Assembly: GCA_963765895.1 (NCBI GenBank)
Contig: CAVXZB010000024.1
Span: 160,001 to 224,000, forward strand
Reading direction: 5' to 3'
Origin: an uncultured Nitrososphaeraceae archaeon
GTDB lineage: Archaea; Thermoproteota; Nitrososphaeria; Nitrososphaerales; Nitrososphaeraceae
Length of the DNA: 64,000 nucleotides
Each line of letters begins with the position of its first letter. The stretch's first letter is position 1. Below are positions 48,222 to 59,126 of the stretch, piece by piece. The notes under the pieces are model-generated. The model was not told the origin of the DNA, made no database searches, and saw only the letters and a list, made by a program, of their open reading frames with translations. The translations under genes were made by a program, and so were the position numbers.

Positions 48222-48649
48222 GACAAATCCATAAGTAAATCTCTGGTTTTATTAACCTACGCACTTTAGATGGTATAGAATAAGACTCTTCAAAACCATT
48301 ATCCGAGGTACTATCTACCCTAAACAAAAAGTGCCCTGAAATTGAGCTGAAGTTACATCTACTGAACTGAAGTGATTTAGGTTGCCTTACTTATGTCATT
48401 GACATTGCTAGTGCTATCGTATAATAGTGATATCATCTAACAGCTGCAATGTATATACAGTTCTTCGACAATTTGCATCGATTCATGCCAAGGTACTAAA
48501 AACAACATCTTTAGTTGATTGTCCTACTGTATATATGCTCCGAAAAATCTGTTGTGAATGACGACAAAAATGGGGGGAGAGTAATGTGGTTATCGTATGC
48601 CATTCAGTGCCGATTCAACCTAATTTAATCATCCGAGCCTTATCGACCT

Positions 48650-48859
48650 TTATGATTGGTGATGGTGGTGATGGTGGTGATGGTGGTGATGGTGGTGATG
48701 GTGGTGATGGTGGTGATGGTGGTGATGGTGGTGATGGTGGTGTCCGTCTGCATAAGCCAAGTGTTCAGTCACGATTGGAGCCGTTGCCATCAGTGCTATC
48801 GCGGCCATCAAAGTAATAGTTGCCATCAGTGCTATTTTCCTATCACTATTTTTATTCAT
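48650..48859 (-). CDS. Secreted poly-histidine peptide (signal peptide + DG + His28 + QS)
   Basis: Basic n-region, hydrophobic h-region, AYA-D cleavage site, then 28 His; TTTATAAG about 35 nt upstream and a T-run downstream. Confidence 0.7.
   Translation of the reverse strand: MNKNSDRKIALMATITLMAAIALMATAPIVTEHLAYADGHHHHHHHHHHHHHHHHHHHHHHHHHHHHQS
48657..48742. repeat. 9-bp tandem repeat (GATGGTGGT)n encoding the His tract
   Basis: About 9 perfect units. Confidence 0.95.
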
Positions 48860-49059
48860 ATTTCTGCTAGATACTCTTTTTATTTACAATCTTATAAACA
48901 AAGTATACAAATACCTGCATTGGAACCCAGAGATGGAATTTGCCCTGCACTAGTCGAATATAAAATCTCGCTCAACCTACTCCGTCATTAAATCAAAATG
49001 TTGTTTAGCAATGAGGTGTGTCATCATTAACGAGTAAAATAACAAGCCATAAAAATGAA

Positions 49060-49500
49060 CATGAAACGGTCCCTCTTGGTCCTAGGAACGATGGTGGTGT
49101 TTACCAGGGATACTCGCATATCAGGCAAGTAAGCGAGTAAAAGTGATTGTATTGAACATCGTAAAGTTGGACAATAAAACAGTAATAGCTAAGGAGTTTG
49201 GTAGTCAAAGGATTTGATAAAGCTAGCAAACGATACCGTCTCACTCACATCTTCAGGATCACCCAACAAATCTGGCTATGTTCCATCCATGGGTAATGCT
49301 ATCGAGATAATTAATACTGGAAGTAGCAAAAGTAAAAACTTTACCGCGATGTACTCTAAATGTTGAAGGTACACAAGGAAAAATGGTCAACAATCTCTAA
49401 AGCCTCGTCTCAGCAGCTACTTTACACCATCTAACACAACCAACTCAGGTAACTGGTTAATTTACATGAAACTTGGCTACCCATATTGAGAACGTCCTAA
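49060..49500 (+). pseudogene. Remnant of a thaumarchaeal exported-protein gene
   Basis: Fragments VPLGPRNDGGVYQG, LAYQASKRVKVIVLN in shifting frames. Confidence 0.35.
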
Positions 49501-50152
49501 TAACCGAATTGTGCTAGATTAAAGCCGCAATTTAATGACATTTTTTGTTTGTATTTAAAAATATAGAAGACTATTTTGACCGTTGCTTAGACTTACCATA
49601 GTTACTGGTTATTATTTGTGCCTCGAGTCTTTTTTACAAAATCTCGAGTGAGTGTGATAGGTTCAATTTTAAGAATTTATAATAGAAATGAGTTTCTACC
49701 GGCCTGAATATTATACTAGAGGTGTTTCATTAGAAGAAATTTCACATCTGGCCAATCCACACTTTTCCGTTTCCATTAAGTTTATTGAGAGTCTGTTAAT
49801 TGCATTTTCGACAGAATAGCCAAATTGATTAGATTGTTCGCAATAAATCCCATTTCTAACAATGCGAATCATAGGGGCCTATTCTAAACGTTACTTATGT
49901 TATCAATAGTAAAGTTTTTGACATATCATCTTATTGGTAATAAGATCATTTTTCGCAGTAGGCCCATCTGACTTATAGTACAAACATTAACCAGTTCATA
50001 TCATATCAGATCTACTGACCGACTCATTTACCAAATTTCCGGTAGTACTTTCTATATATCTATTTTGCTAATGAAAATACTAACTAACCAAACAGTTAGT
50101 TGATATATAATACTAACTTATATGTCAGAAAAAATGCTATATTATTTATTAA

Positions 50153-51598
50153 TTGGACAATACCGTTACTGCAATACGTAAAGAAAAACTAGTAAGAATC
50201 AATGGTGAACGTGATGATATTATTTTCGAAAGAAAAATGGACGATATTACTTCGGGCTTGCAACCGGAATATTCTAGGTTACTACATGATATATCAGAAG
50301 AAAACGCACTCACAATAGGAAATTACATTCAAGCATTAAGAATGGAGGTCAATCCCTCTGATCATTACAGAGGCGATGTAATTAAACTACTATGTACGTT
50401 CTCTAAATTTAATAATAATCATCCTTTTAGCGCTATAAGTAGGGATGATATAATTTCATATCTAGAAAGTTACCGCAAACCAGAGACATTAGATCCCATG
50501 CATAGATGGATTGAAACTTACAATATATACCGAATGCATTTGATTAGATTTTTAAGATGGTTATATTATCCTGACATTGAACCAAGGAAACGACCAAAAC
50601 CAGAAGTGATTCAGAATGTATTACAGCTCAAGCGAAAAGAACAATCAATTTACAAGCCTACAGATCTTTGGACAGTTGAGGATGATCTGCTATTCCTAAA
50701 GTATTGCCCTTCTAAAAGAATAAGATGCTATCATGCTATGTCTCGTGACACAGGCTGTAGGCCACACGAATTATTGAAGTTAAGGATAAAAGACGTCGTA
50801 TTCAAAGCCACCAGAAATAGACAATATGCAGAAGTTTTGGTCAACGGAAAAACAGGAAGCAGATTTATCCCTTTAATAGACTCGATTCCATATATCAAAG
50901 ATTATTTAAATTATGAACATCCGCAGTCAGCAAATCCAAACACGATATTTCTATGTGGAACACGTAAGAGCTTAGGTAGGATTCTGAATATATCATCACT
51001 ATCACGGATTTATGGTATATATAAGCATGAATTATTTCCAAAGTTATTAAACGATCCAAATGTTCCATCGGAAGATAAGATGATGATTGAAGAATTACTG
51101 AAGAAACCATGGAACCCGTACGTACGAAGACATAGTGCGTTGACAGATAAATCCAAAATACTCAAAGAACATACTTTACGTCAATTTGCAGGTTGGAGCA
51201 CGAATTCCAACATGCCTCAGAAATATCTTCACTATTTTGGAAATGAAGCAAGTGAAAGCTTGTTAGAAGCATATGGTATAGTTACAAAAGACCAGAAATT
51301 ATCAGATGTACTAAGACCAAAGCAATGTCCTAATTGCAATGAACCTAACAAACCTGATAGCAAGTTCTGCGCGCATTGCAGGATGGTTTTGACATATGAT
51401 GCCTATAACGAAAGGTTAGATGAGCAGAAGAAGAAGGAAGATAAACTGGCAGTTATAGAAGACCGATTCAATACTATGCAGTCTCAGATGTGTACGCTAA
51501 TTACAGCTCTTGGAAATATGGATGGCAATAATAAAGTCCAATTTGCAAAGCAGTTGTATCACAGCGGAATATATGAAGTAGATAGTGTCACTATCTAA
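50153..51598 (+). CDS. Tyrosine recombinase/integrase with C-terminal Zn ribbon
   Basis: DTGCRPHEL (Arg), GKTG (Lys), PYVRRHS, FAGW, KYLHY (Tyr), CPNC...CAHC. Confidence 0.92.
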   Translation: MDNTVTAIRKEKLVRINGERDDIIFERKMDDITSGLQPEYSRLLHDISEENALTIGNYIQALRMEVNPSDHYRGDVIKLLCTFSKFNNNHPFSAISRDDIISYLESYRKPETLDPMHRWIETYNIYRMHLIRFLRWLYYPDIEPRKRPKPEVIQNVLQLKRKEQSIYKPTDLWTVEDDLLFLKYCPSKRIRCYHAMSRDTGCRPHELLKLRIKDVVFKATRNRQYAEVLVNGKTGSRFIPLIDSIPYIKDYLNYEHPQSANPNTIFLCGTRKSLGRILNISSLSRIYGIYKHELFPKLLNDPNVPSEDKMMIEELLKKPWNPYVRRHSALTDKSKILKEHTLRQFAGWSTNSNMPQKYLHYFGNEASESLLEAYGIVTKDQKLSDVLRPKQCPNCNEPNKPDSKFCAHCRMVLTYDAYNERLDEQKKKEDKLAVIEDRFNTMQSQMCTLITALGNMDGNNKVQFAKQLYHSGIYEVDSVTI

Positions 51599-52268
51599 TC
51601 ATCAGTTTGAGGTATGTGGGATTCATATCTAGCACATTTCGTGCATTCGTAATATTTTCCTAGCTTATAGAGTAACGTCTCCTTCCATTTATGCCCACAA
51701 TTATTACGATATCTATCTTTATCTAAATAAAAGACTTCGAAATATGATAAATAATCATCTTCTATGACTTTATGGACTTCAGGATAGATTTTGGCAAAGC
51801 TACTAGATAATTTGTTGTAACTTGCCTCTTTTAACTCAATGCCTTTGGTAATATCTTTGGTGTATTCCTTAGGAAGGATAGTCAAAAATGTTCCAAATAA
51901 CTCTGGTAATGAGAATGCATTGTTAATGAAATCAAGACCTGCTTTTGTTCTCATATTACAGTTAGTAATCTTTCCTGTTGGGCTCATTGCCTCTATCAAC
52001 ATGTAAACAATGAATGCGCCGATTCGATTCACGATTTGAAATAATGCATATTCTATATCATCCCTAAACAGCTCTGGATTTCGAAACCTTATCGAATCCA
52101 ATTCTAAATCTGGGATAAATCGCATAATTAACAAGTAAACTTTAGATATCCTGCAAATTCTAATTTGCCATCGTCAAGTACATCATCTTTAACGAAGTAT
52201 TTATTCCCATGCTTAACGATTTTATTTTCCATGATTAATTTGTTTACTAAAGAGGTAACGGTTTGCAT
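51595..52268 (-). CDS. Hypothetical protein, possible N-terminal wHTH and C-terminal Zn site, frameshift near 52138
   Basis: ORF 51595..52134 extends upstream as MQTVTSLVNKLIMENKIVKHGNKYFV; C-terminus CGHKW...YECTKC. Confidence 0.5.
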
Positions 52269-52322
52269 AAAAGCGTAAAGGAATTTCCGGAATTTATATT
52301 ATATATAACCTCAATATTCTGC

Positions 52323-52478
52323 ATGTCATCAAAATACAAGAATATTGTGGTATCAGAGACCAACTACAATATTCTAAAACGGCTAGGAGAAGCAGGAGAG
52401 AGCTTTAATGATGTCATCACGGACATTTTGACTAGGACTTCAACAGTCTCATTAAATGGTGAATTTAATGATGGATAG
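52323..52478 (+). CDS. Ribbon-helix-helix / antitoxin-like DNA-binding protein
   Basis: KNIVVSETNYNILKRLGEAGESFNDVITDIL. Confidence 0.75.
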   Translation: MSSKYKNIVVSETNYNILKRLGEAGESFNDVITDILTRTSTVSLNGEFNDG

Positions 52479-52674
52479 TTTCGTCGCAATTGATACAGTA
52501 GCAGAATGCTTGACTGAAAAGTGTTCTGACTGTACAGGATTTTACATCAACAGATTATTTCAGCATCACTTACAGTGCATGCATGTCATAAAAAGGCCAT
52601 GATGTTAGAACAGGTTGGGCACCCCGAATCTAACATCAATTTGCGGACACCCTCTTCAGTCAAAGGTGAAGAAA

Positions 52675-53202
52675 ATGAGCGCTGATGATAGATTCTCTAA
52701 AGATATAGATAAACATTTTCATCGAATGAAATCTAGCCCTGATGATGGGTCCATAGCACATTCGAATTCAGACATATTAAAGACAACAGACATCACACAG
52801 AGAACAGGAACAAAAGCATACTCGATCAAATACGCCACAAAAAACAAGTGCTATAGTATTCATATTGAACAACGACAGCTTGAGGTCGATCAGGTGGGAT
52901 TTTCCGGTCTAATTGATGACCTATACAAGCAGCTAGGTGACAAGTGGATACAAGATAGCACGGAGCATTCATGGGTAAACAAGTATACAGAGCGAGCCCA
53001 AGTGTGTTTGTTGGATATATATGAAGTCGGCCGCGCGGAATTCATTATAGATCCATCTGATTTGGATGATAAAACCAAATCCTTACTCTCTGAATTAGAT
53101 GAGGACTCTGAAGAGTATATAATCAGGGAAGTTATCAGTAGGATATTTGCTAGCATAGGTGTCCCGCACTTTAAGTTGACACAGAAATATTGTGTGTTAT
53201 AG
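52675..53202 (+). CDS. Hypothetical protein
   Basis: 175-aa ORF with GGTGA SD-like motif before ATG 52675, in the operon leading to the primase. Confidence 0.6.
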   Translation: MSADDRFSKDIDKHFHRMKSSPDDGSIAHSNSDILKTTDITQRTGTKAYSIKYATKNKCYSIHIEQRQLEVDQVGFSGLIDDLYKQLGDKWIQDSTEHSWVNKYTERAQVCLLDIYEVGRAEFIIDPSDLDDKTKSLLSELDEDSEEYIIREVISRIFASIGVPHFKLTQKYCVL

Positions 53203-53219
53203 CACAGGTGCGTCTTGAG

Positions 53220-53630
53220 ATGGTTGGACTCATTACTGTTGAAGAGAAAATCAGAGTAGTAAAGGAAACCTGGTCGACCGGAAGGCTTATTGATGAACTA
53301 TTCTTGGAGCTCGACAATGCAAAGGAAATAGATGAAAAAGGTGGCATATCCAAAAGGAAGTATAGTAACGATACTAATTCCATTACAAAGTATGGGGCAT
53401 TACATACCATTTTTAATCTATACAAATTGGATAGAATACCAAATCAAGGGATCGTTATTGTCTATCATGGTACGAGGCCAGCCAATGATCTGGGCTTTAT
53501 TCAGAAATATGAAACATATGATTACTCAGAAAATGAAGCTAAAAAAATTCATCAGCATAAATTCGATTCTGAGTTAATAAACCGACAAGTCGATTCTATT
53601 CTCGGTCAAAAACTGGGGTTTGCACATTGA
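53220..53630 (+). CDS. Hypothetical protein, possibly eRF1 domain-1-like
   Basis: Stop overlaps the primase start (TTGA); weak resemblance to the aRF1 N-domain by eye. Confidence 0.55.
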   Translation: MVGLITVEEKIRVVKETWSTGRLIDELFLELDNAKEIDEKGGISKRKYSNDTNSITKYGALHTIFNLYKLDRIPNQGIVIVYHGTRPANDLGFIQKYETYDYSENEAKKIHQHKFDSELINRQVDSILGQKLGFAH

Positions 53631-55984
53631 GTATGGATAATGTGCTAGCTATGATTGCTAAGTATGGTCCGGATCCTGAATCCTCCTCTTTTGCTTCTCG
53701 TCACGATGCGATAGCATATCATAATATTTGGGCCGATTTTTGGCGTTACAATATAGGAGTCAACGTCATACCATCTGATACTAAAAATAAGAAACCAGTA
53801 GTTCCATGGTTTGGATGGCAAAGCAAAGCAATACCAGAGTCATTGCATCGCCAATGGAAAACAGAAGGCCTATTTTCAAATGGGATTGCTGTTATATTGG
53901 GGAAAGTCTGGCACAGACAAGATCTGGCTCATTATTACCTGGTTGGAGTGGACGCGGATAACAAGAAAGCTATTGACGAAATTTGTAATTATAATGGAGA
54001 GGAATTTGCTGCGAAAACCTTAGTTGAACAGCATAGAGATAATCCCGCTAAAGCTCATTTTTATTTTTATGCTACAAGACCGATTAAAGGTAAGAGTAGC
54101 GATAATGCTCTACTAGCCCACAGGCTTTCGACCAACGAAATACCTGCAATAGAGATCAAAAGCCTTGGCAGCCATGGGATTCTGTATTGCTCCGGCTCTT
54201 TTCATAAAGATGGATACAATTATGAAATTATAGGATCACGTAAACCAGCAATATTAAATGAATTACAAACCGCAGAGCTAGAAAACCACTTTAACAATAT
54301 TTTTAACAAATATATGATAAGTTATCTCTCCGTAGGTAGCGCAGATAATTCAGCAAGTGCAAAAACAAAGTTACCAATAGAAGAGCTTTTCAAGCCAGTC
54401 TATAAAGTGCTGGAGGGCCATAATCGACATGAGGCATTGTTACGGGTGATAGAATCACTTACTTCGCGACCGTAATATTTTCTCACTGGAGGAAATAAAA
54501 CAGTTATCGAAGAACTGGAACAACACTCATTGTATGCCGCCACTTGATGATAGAGAGTTGGAAGGACAATGGAAATGTGCCCTAGAATTTATTGCGCCAA
54601 AACAAAGGCAATCATCATGGCAAAACGATATTGGGTCCCAAGATCACAATCAAAGCATTACTGCTGAAGAAAGACAACAGGAACAAAATTCGCATCCAGT
54701 TAGTGAACTAGCCGAGAAAATAATGTCTCGGTATATCTTTAAAACACTAGCAGACACTGAAGAGATGCTGTATTACAGAGACGGAATTTATCATTCAGGT
54801 GGAGAACAAATAATCAAGACAGAGCTGGAAAAAATTGCCGGTTATTCGATTAAAATTAATCAGCGAAATGAGATTATAGCTCATATAAAGTACCGGACAA
54901 TTGTAAACAGGGAAGAATTTGACAAGAATGAGTCAGTTATTAATGTGAAAAATGGTTTATTAGATATAACGACTGGAGAAATTAGGCCACACAAGCATGA
55001 TTATTTGTCGATCATCCAGTCGCCAGTGACGTACGATCCTCGCGCTACCTGTCCCCGAGTAATCAAGTTCCTAACTGGAGTAAAACAAGAGATGGGATTT
55101 CAACTCTTGTAAGATTATTTGGGTATTGTCTATACAGGAGCCCGCGTTACGAGAAAGCAATTATGTTAGTTGGTCCAGGCAGAAATGGCAAAAGCGTTCT
55201 CATCAAACTAATTGAAGCTTTAGTAGGAAAGCATAATGTAAGTCATGCAAGCCTACAGGAATTGTTAGGAGATAGGTTCGCAAGTGCAGATCTCAATTGT
55301 AAACTTGTTAACGTTTTCGCTGACCTTGAAGCGGATAAACTAGTAAATACTGGTAGGTTCAAAGCCCTTGTTTCTGGTGATAGTATCCGGGCACAACGGA
55401 AACACCAGCAAGTCTTTAGTTTTAGAAACTATGCCAAACTGATTTTTAGTACGAATAAGATACCTGAATCTATGGATAACAGTTATGCCTATTATCGTAG
55501 ATGGGTGATACTGCCTTTCGATAGAATTTTTGAAGGTGAAGAAGAAGATACGGATTTGATAAGTAAACTAACCACCGAAGAAGAATTGTCAGGTCTTCTG
55601 AACCTGGCACAAAGGGGCTTGACTAAACTCATTAAGGAAGGTGGTTTCAAAGAGACACCGGTAGAAAAAATAAAGCAACAGTATGAGCATAATGCCAGTA
55701 TAGTAAAGCAGTTTATTGAGGAGCAATGCGTTATTGATCTAAATAAACCGGACATCTGCATTATGGCAACCACTTTGCGGGATTCATTTCAAGAATTTTG
55801 TCGGACAAGGCATACTAAAGTGTTAGAAGAAAACATATTAGGAAAAGAGTTGGCACAACAAGGCATACTAAAGGATCGTATAATGAAGAACAAGAAACGG
55901 GAATATTACTATGTAGGAATCACAACAAAACAGGCATTAAGAGGTGAAAATGAGACGTTGATCTCTACCTCTACTACCTTCTAG
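53627..55984 (+). CDS. Prim-pol primase / PriCT / D5-like SF3 helicase fusion, frameshifts near 54463 and 55085
   Basis: GVNVIP..NKKP, GVDAD, HFYF (prim-pol); WNNTHCMPPLDDREL (PriCT); VINVKNGLLD (D5_N); GPGRNGKS, FKALVSGD, IFSTN, YRRW (SF3). Confidence 0.9.
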
Positions 55985-56454
55985 TGTAATATTTTGGGCT
56001 CATAATAGGACTTTAGATATTCTCTCCTGATCGCATTTCAAGCAGAGCCATTTTTCGTCAGTTGTAGGATATTGCCCTAGTTGCCTTAGATGCTGTTAAC
56101 TTATTGTCAATTCAATAGAATGTACTATGACAAGATACTATTACAATTAAGAAGAAAGTAAGAGAATAAGTTGCAACTTACTAGGGGAGCCAGGGCAATA
56201 ACGCCATACTCCACAAATGCAAAAGCCATGCATGAATTCACAAGGCGAATTAGGAGGAACACGATCTATTGTGTTAACCAACGACGGCGCGTTCAACCTA
56301 TCTAATGTATAGAAAATCAACTCTGACGGATTAATTTACATATAATTTTCTTATGATAACACTTATATCGCTTAGCGATATTAGGAGAAAACTTGACGGT
56401 CAAGGTTAACTGTATAATCAACTACTTTTATGATGATTCAGCAATATCATAACC

Positions 56455-56646
56455 CCACTTCCCAAACATGATTTAGACCGTAGTCCATGTTATCCAATAA
56501 TATCTCTAAAACAAGGAGGATATTATTGTAAATTACATCCTGAAATAAAGAATGTAGATTTGGATTCGATAGAGCATCATATCCAATACAAACGTCCTGT
56601 GGCGCGTAAATCAGATTTATTAAAAATGCCCCGAAATTACTTATAA
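56455..56646 (+). pseudogene. Small Cys/His protein fragment
   Basis: PLPKHDLDRSPCYPII...YYCKLHPEIKNVDLDSIEHHIQYK; no in-frame start. Confidence 0.4.
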
Positions 56647-57554
56647 ATGGATTATTCTATAAATAGGTAACATTGTCAGAACTTGAAGTAAACTTATTTA
56701 GTCACGAACAAAATTGTCGACTCTACAATTTGATGATATCTATAGATAGTAGCAATTAGTGAATGTAAAAATAAAGCATTTAGTTCATATGGCAAGTTCT
56801 AACATGCCCGACAATATTTGATTAAAGTCAGGTTAGTTATATAGGATAACTGTTATAAGATGGTTCGTAGCTTGACACCTTAAGAATATTTCCGAAATTG
56901 AAGCGTGCTAAGTTTAGACGAACTGTTCAGTGTACATAGACATTGATCAGAATGGTTCGTTAGTAGATAAGCCATGGGTGCATGCTATGTCCTCTCTGCC
57001 TTTCATCAGATTATGTTGGAATCTTACTATCAGATAATTTTATTTTAATCTCTTGTCCTGTACTGGGTTTTAGAGTCGTTTGATTGTTATTATGACTACT
57101 GTATCTCTTCTTCGATTTTCTTCGTCCAATATCATTGCATATATTGCTGCATTGCTTCTACCTCTGCCAAATTCTCTTCTACAATTCGCATGTTGAACTT
57201 TTCCTGGTCTACAGACTTTTGCTTCTTCTGAATTGCTTTGTATATCATATCTTTAACCTCCTTTACCGTTAGTTCCTTCTCTTTAGTTTTGGGCAATTGT
57301 TACGTCCTGTAGATAGGTAGTGATTTCTATAGACTGAAGAACTGCAAGTAGAGGGAGTGTCCTTATCATGACAACATTTCCAGTAGAGCAGTCTAAAAAA
57401 GTGTATTGGAAGTTTATGAACGGCTAACCTGCATTAATATTACATGTCAGAAACTGCCCTGCTCCCTATGGTACCAGTTGCTTGTAGTGAGCCAGGGTGG
57501 CTCTAACATCTTGGCGTGAATTCGTATAGATATATGTAGTAGCAGGACTTATTT

Positions 57555-58223
57555 TTACCAACCTTCCTTTAACTTGTTGGCGATCAAGTTTGGCCTTGCT
57601 TGGTGTTTCTAGCCCAAGTGACCCCGTCTTGACTTCTCCTGAGCGCTCGTAATTGGCGATTATAACTCCGCTTGGTGAAATCCCGCTTTCAAGAAAGTTT
57701 GAACCCAGCTGAATCTAAACCTTCTGCAAACAAGCGCTTGCCAGTGCCAAGAGTAATAGGAAATATTTTTAGCCAAAGCTCCTGACCAAATCATACTTTA
57801 AGAGTGTCTGAACAAGATTGCTGGTTGCCATGAACTTGTATTTCTGGCCCATCCTGCTCCTTTATCCTTTTAATTCCCTCTGGAACATCACCATTTATCA
57901 GTTCTGAATTATTCCAATCCAGTTTTGTCAGGGTCTTTGAAGCTACGTATTTCTTGGCATTATTGAGTTTGGCCGGCGAATGGGTTTTGATTTGCGTTCA
58001 CGTATGGCCAGTATGCTCCGGAATATTTCTGTACGTTTTTCTGCCAAGCAACAAATCGAAAGGTTTACTCGTCTGCTTGATCACCACATTAAGAAGAAAG
58101 TCGTCAGAGTATCCAGCTACCCAGCCTTCGTGTTCAAACCCTCCAGTAGGATTCTTCAGGCCCACCTGGAGCCTGCATCACGTTGTCAAGGGATATGAAA
58201 GACAGGACAATTGTCTTTCTCAT
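57555..58223 (-). pseudogene. Dihydrofolate reductase / RibD C-terminal family gene with multiple frameshifts
   Basis: MRKTIVLSFISLDNVMQAPGGPEE, LLLGRKTY, KYVASKTL, EIQVHG, FPITLGTGKRLF, SGVIIANYER spread over several frames. Confidence 0.85.
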
Positions 58224-58360
58224 TTATTTCCCCTCTCCTAAAATTTCCCTCGCTATATATCTGATAATCTTTTTAAGTTCATATGTGATTGGCTTATCCA
58301 AAGGAAATCGGACAGGCCCTTTTTCTTATATATGGTGCCAGTTCTTTTTTGACCGGTTCA
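58224..58360 (-). pseudogene. DUF1801/YdhG-like C-terminal fragment
   Basis: KKELAPY, VRFPLDKPITYEL; directly upstream of the DHFR-family gene. Confidence 0.55.
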
Positions 58361-59126
58361 ATGCCATGGTGGTTTTGAATTTTCCTCCGACGCACATATC
58401 ATTTTCGGTAGCCAACGCTTCCCAGTTCGAAGCAAACGCCAGCCGATGATAGACATTCCAAATGACATTAACCGGATCATAAGAAAGCAAGACATTATTA
58501 TTAATATAGCTGCACGCGCTTAAGGTCTGCAAATATAGTAAGATATTCAGACCATTATCTTCAAGAACAGCAGCAACATCTGCATTATTGATGCGATCGT
58601 TTACAAGGAGATAATTTTTCTTTCACCCCCTTCACAGAAAGAAATTTTCCCCCTAGTAGTCAGAAAGTAAATGAAGTAGAGCATAACCTAAGCTTTATCC
58701 TATCACACCAGAATTCGGCAGTTTCCGATAACTCATTGATCCACACAGAACCGAAGGTCCTCTAACCTTCAGACACTATAACCTTACCAACAGATATCTA
58801 TTGGTATGGGAATTACATTGTCCCACACTATCAAACACTGTTCCACATTATAGTTACAGGTCTTGACGACGAAATGGCACTTCGTTTCTAATCAACTGCA
58901 ATTAGAATCTTCTTCTATAAATATTAAGCAGAATGTTCAATAACATCTATCACTACAATTGTGACATGTGGAGTAAGGCCAAATCAATTATCGTAATGCC
59001 AACAGTCATGATGGCAATAGTGCTAAATTCTGTGATTGTAGAGTTAAGAAATTCTGGATATAAGGTCGTAACGGGTTTCGTGGAGGAATCAAAGAAGGGT
59101 TTACCACCAAGGGCTGAAAGTAAATA

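Noticed and set aside
48586-48991. Plus-strand ORFs reading (GDG)n or (MVV)n over the 9-bp repeat
   Set aside because: Shadow frames; only the minus-strand frame gives a coherent signal peptide, promoter and terminator
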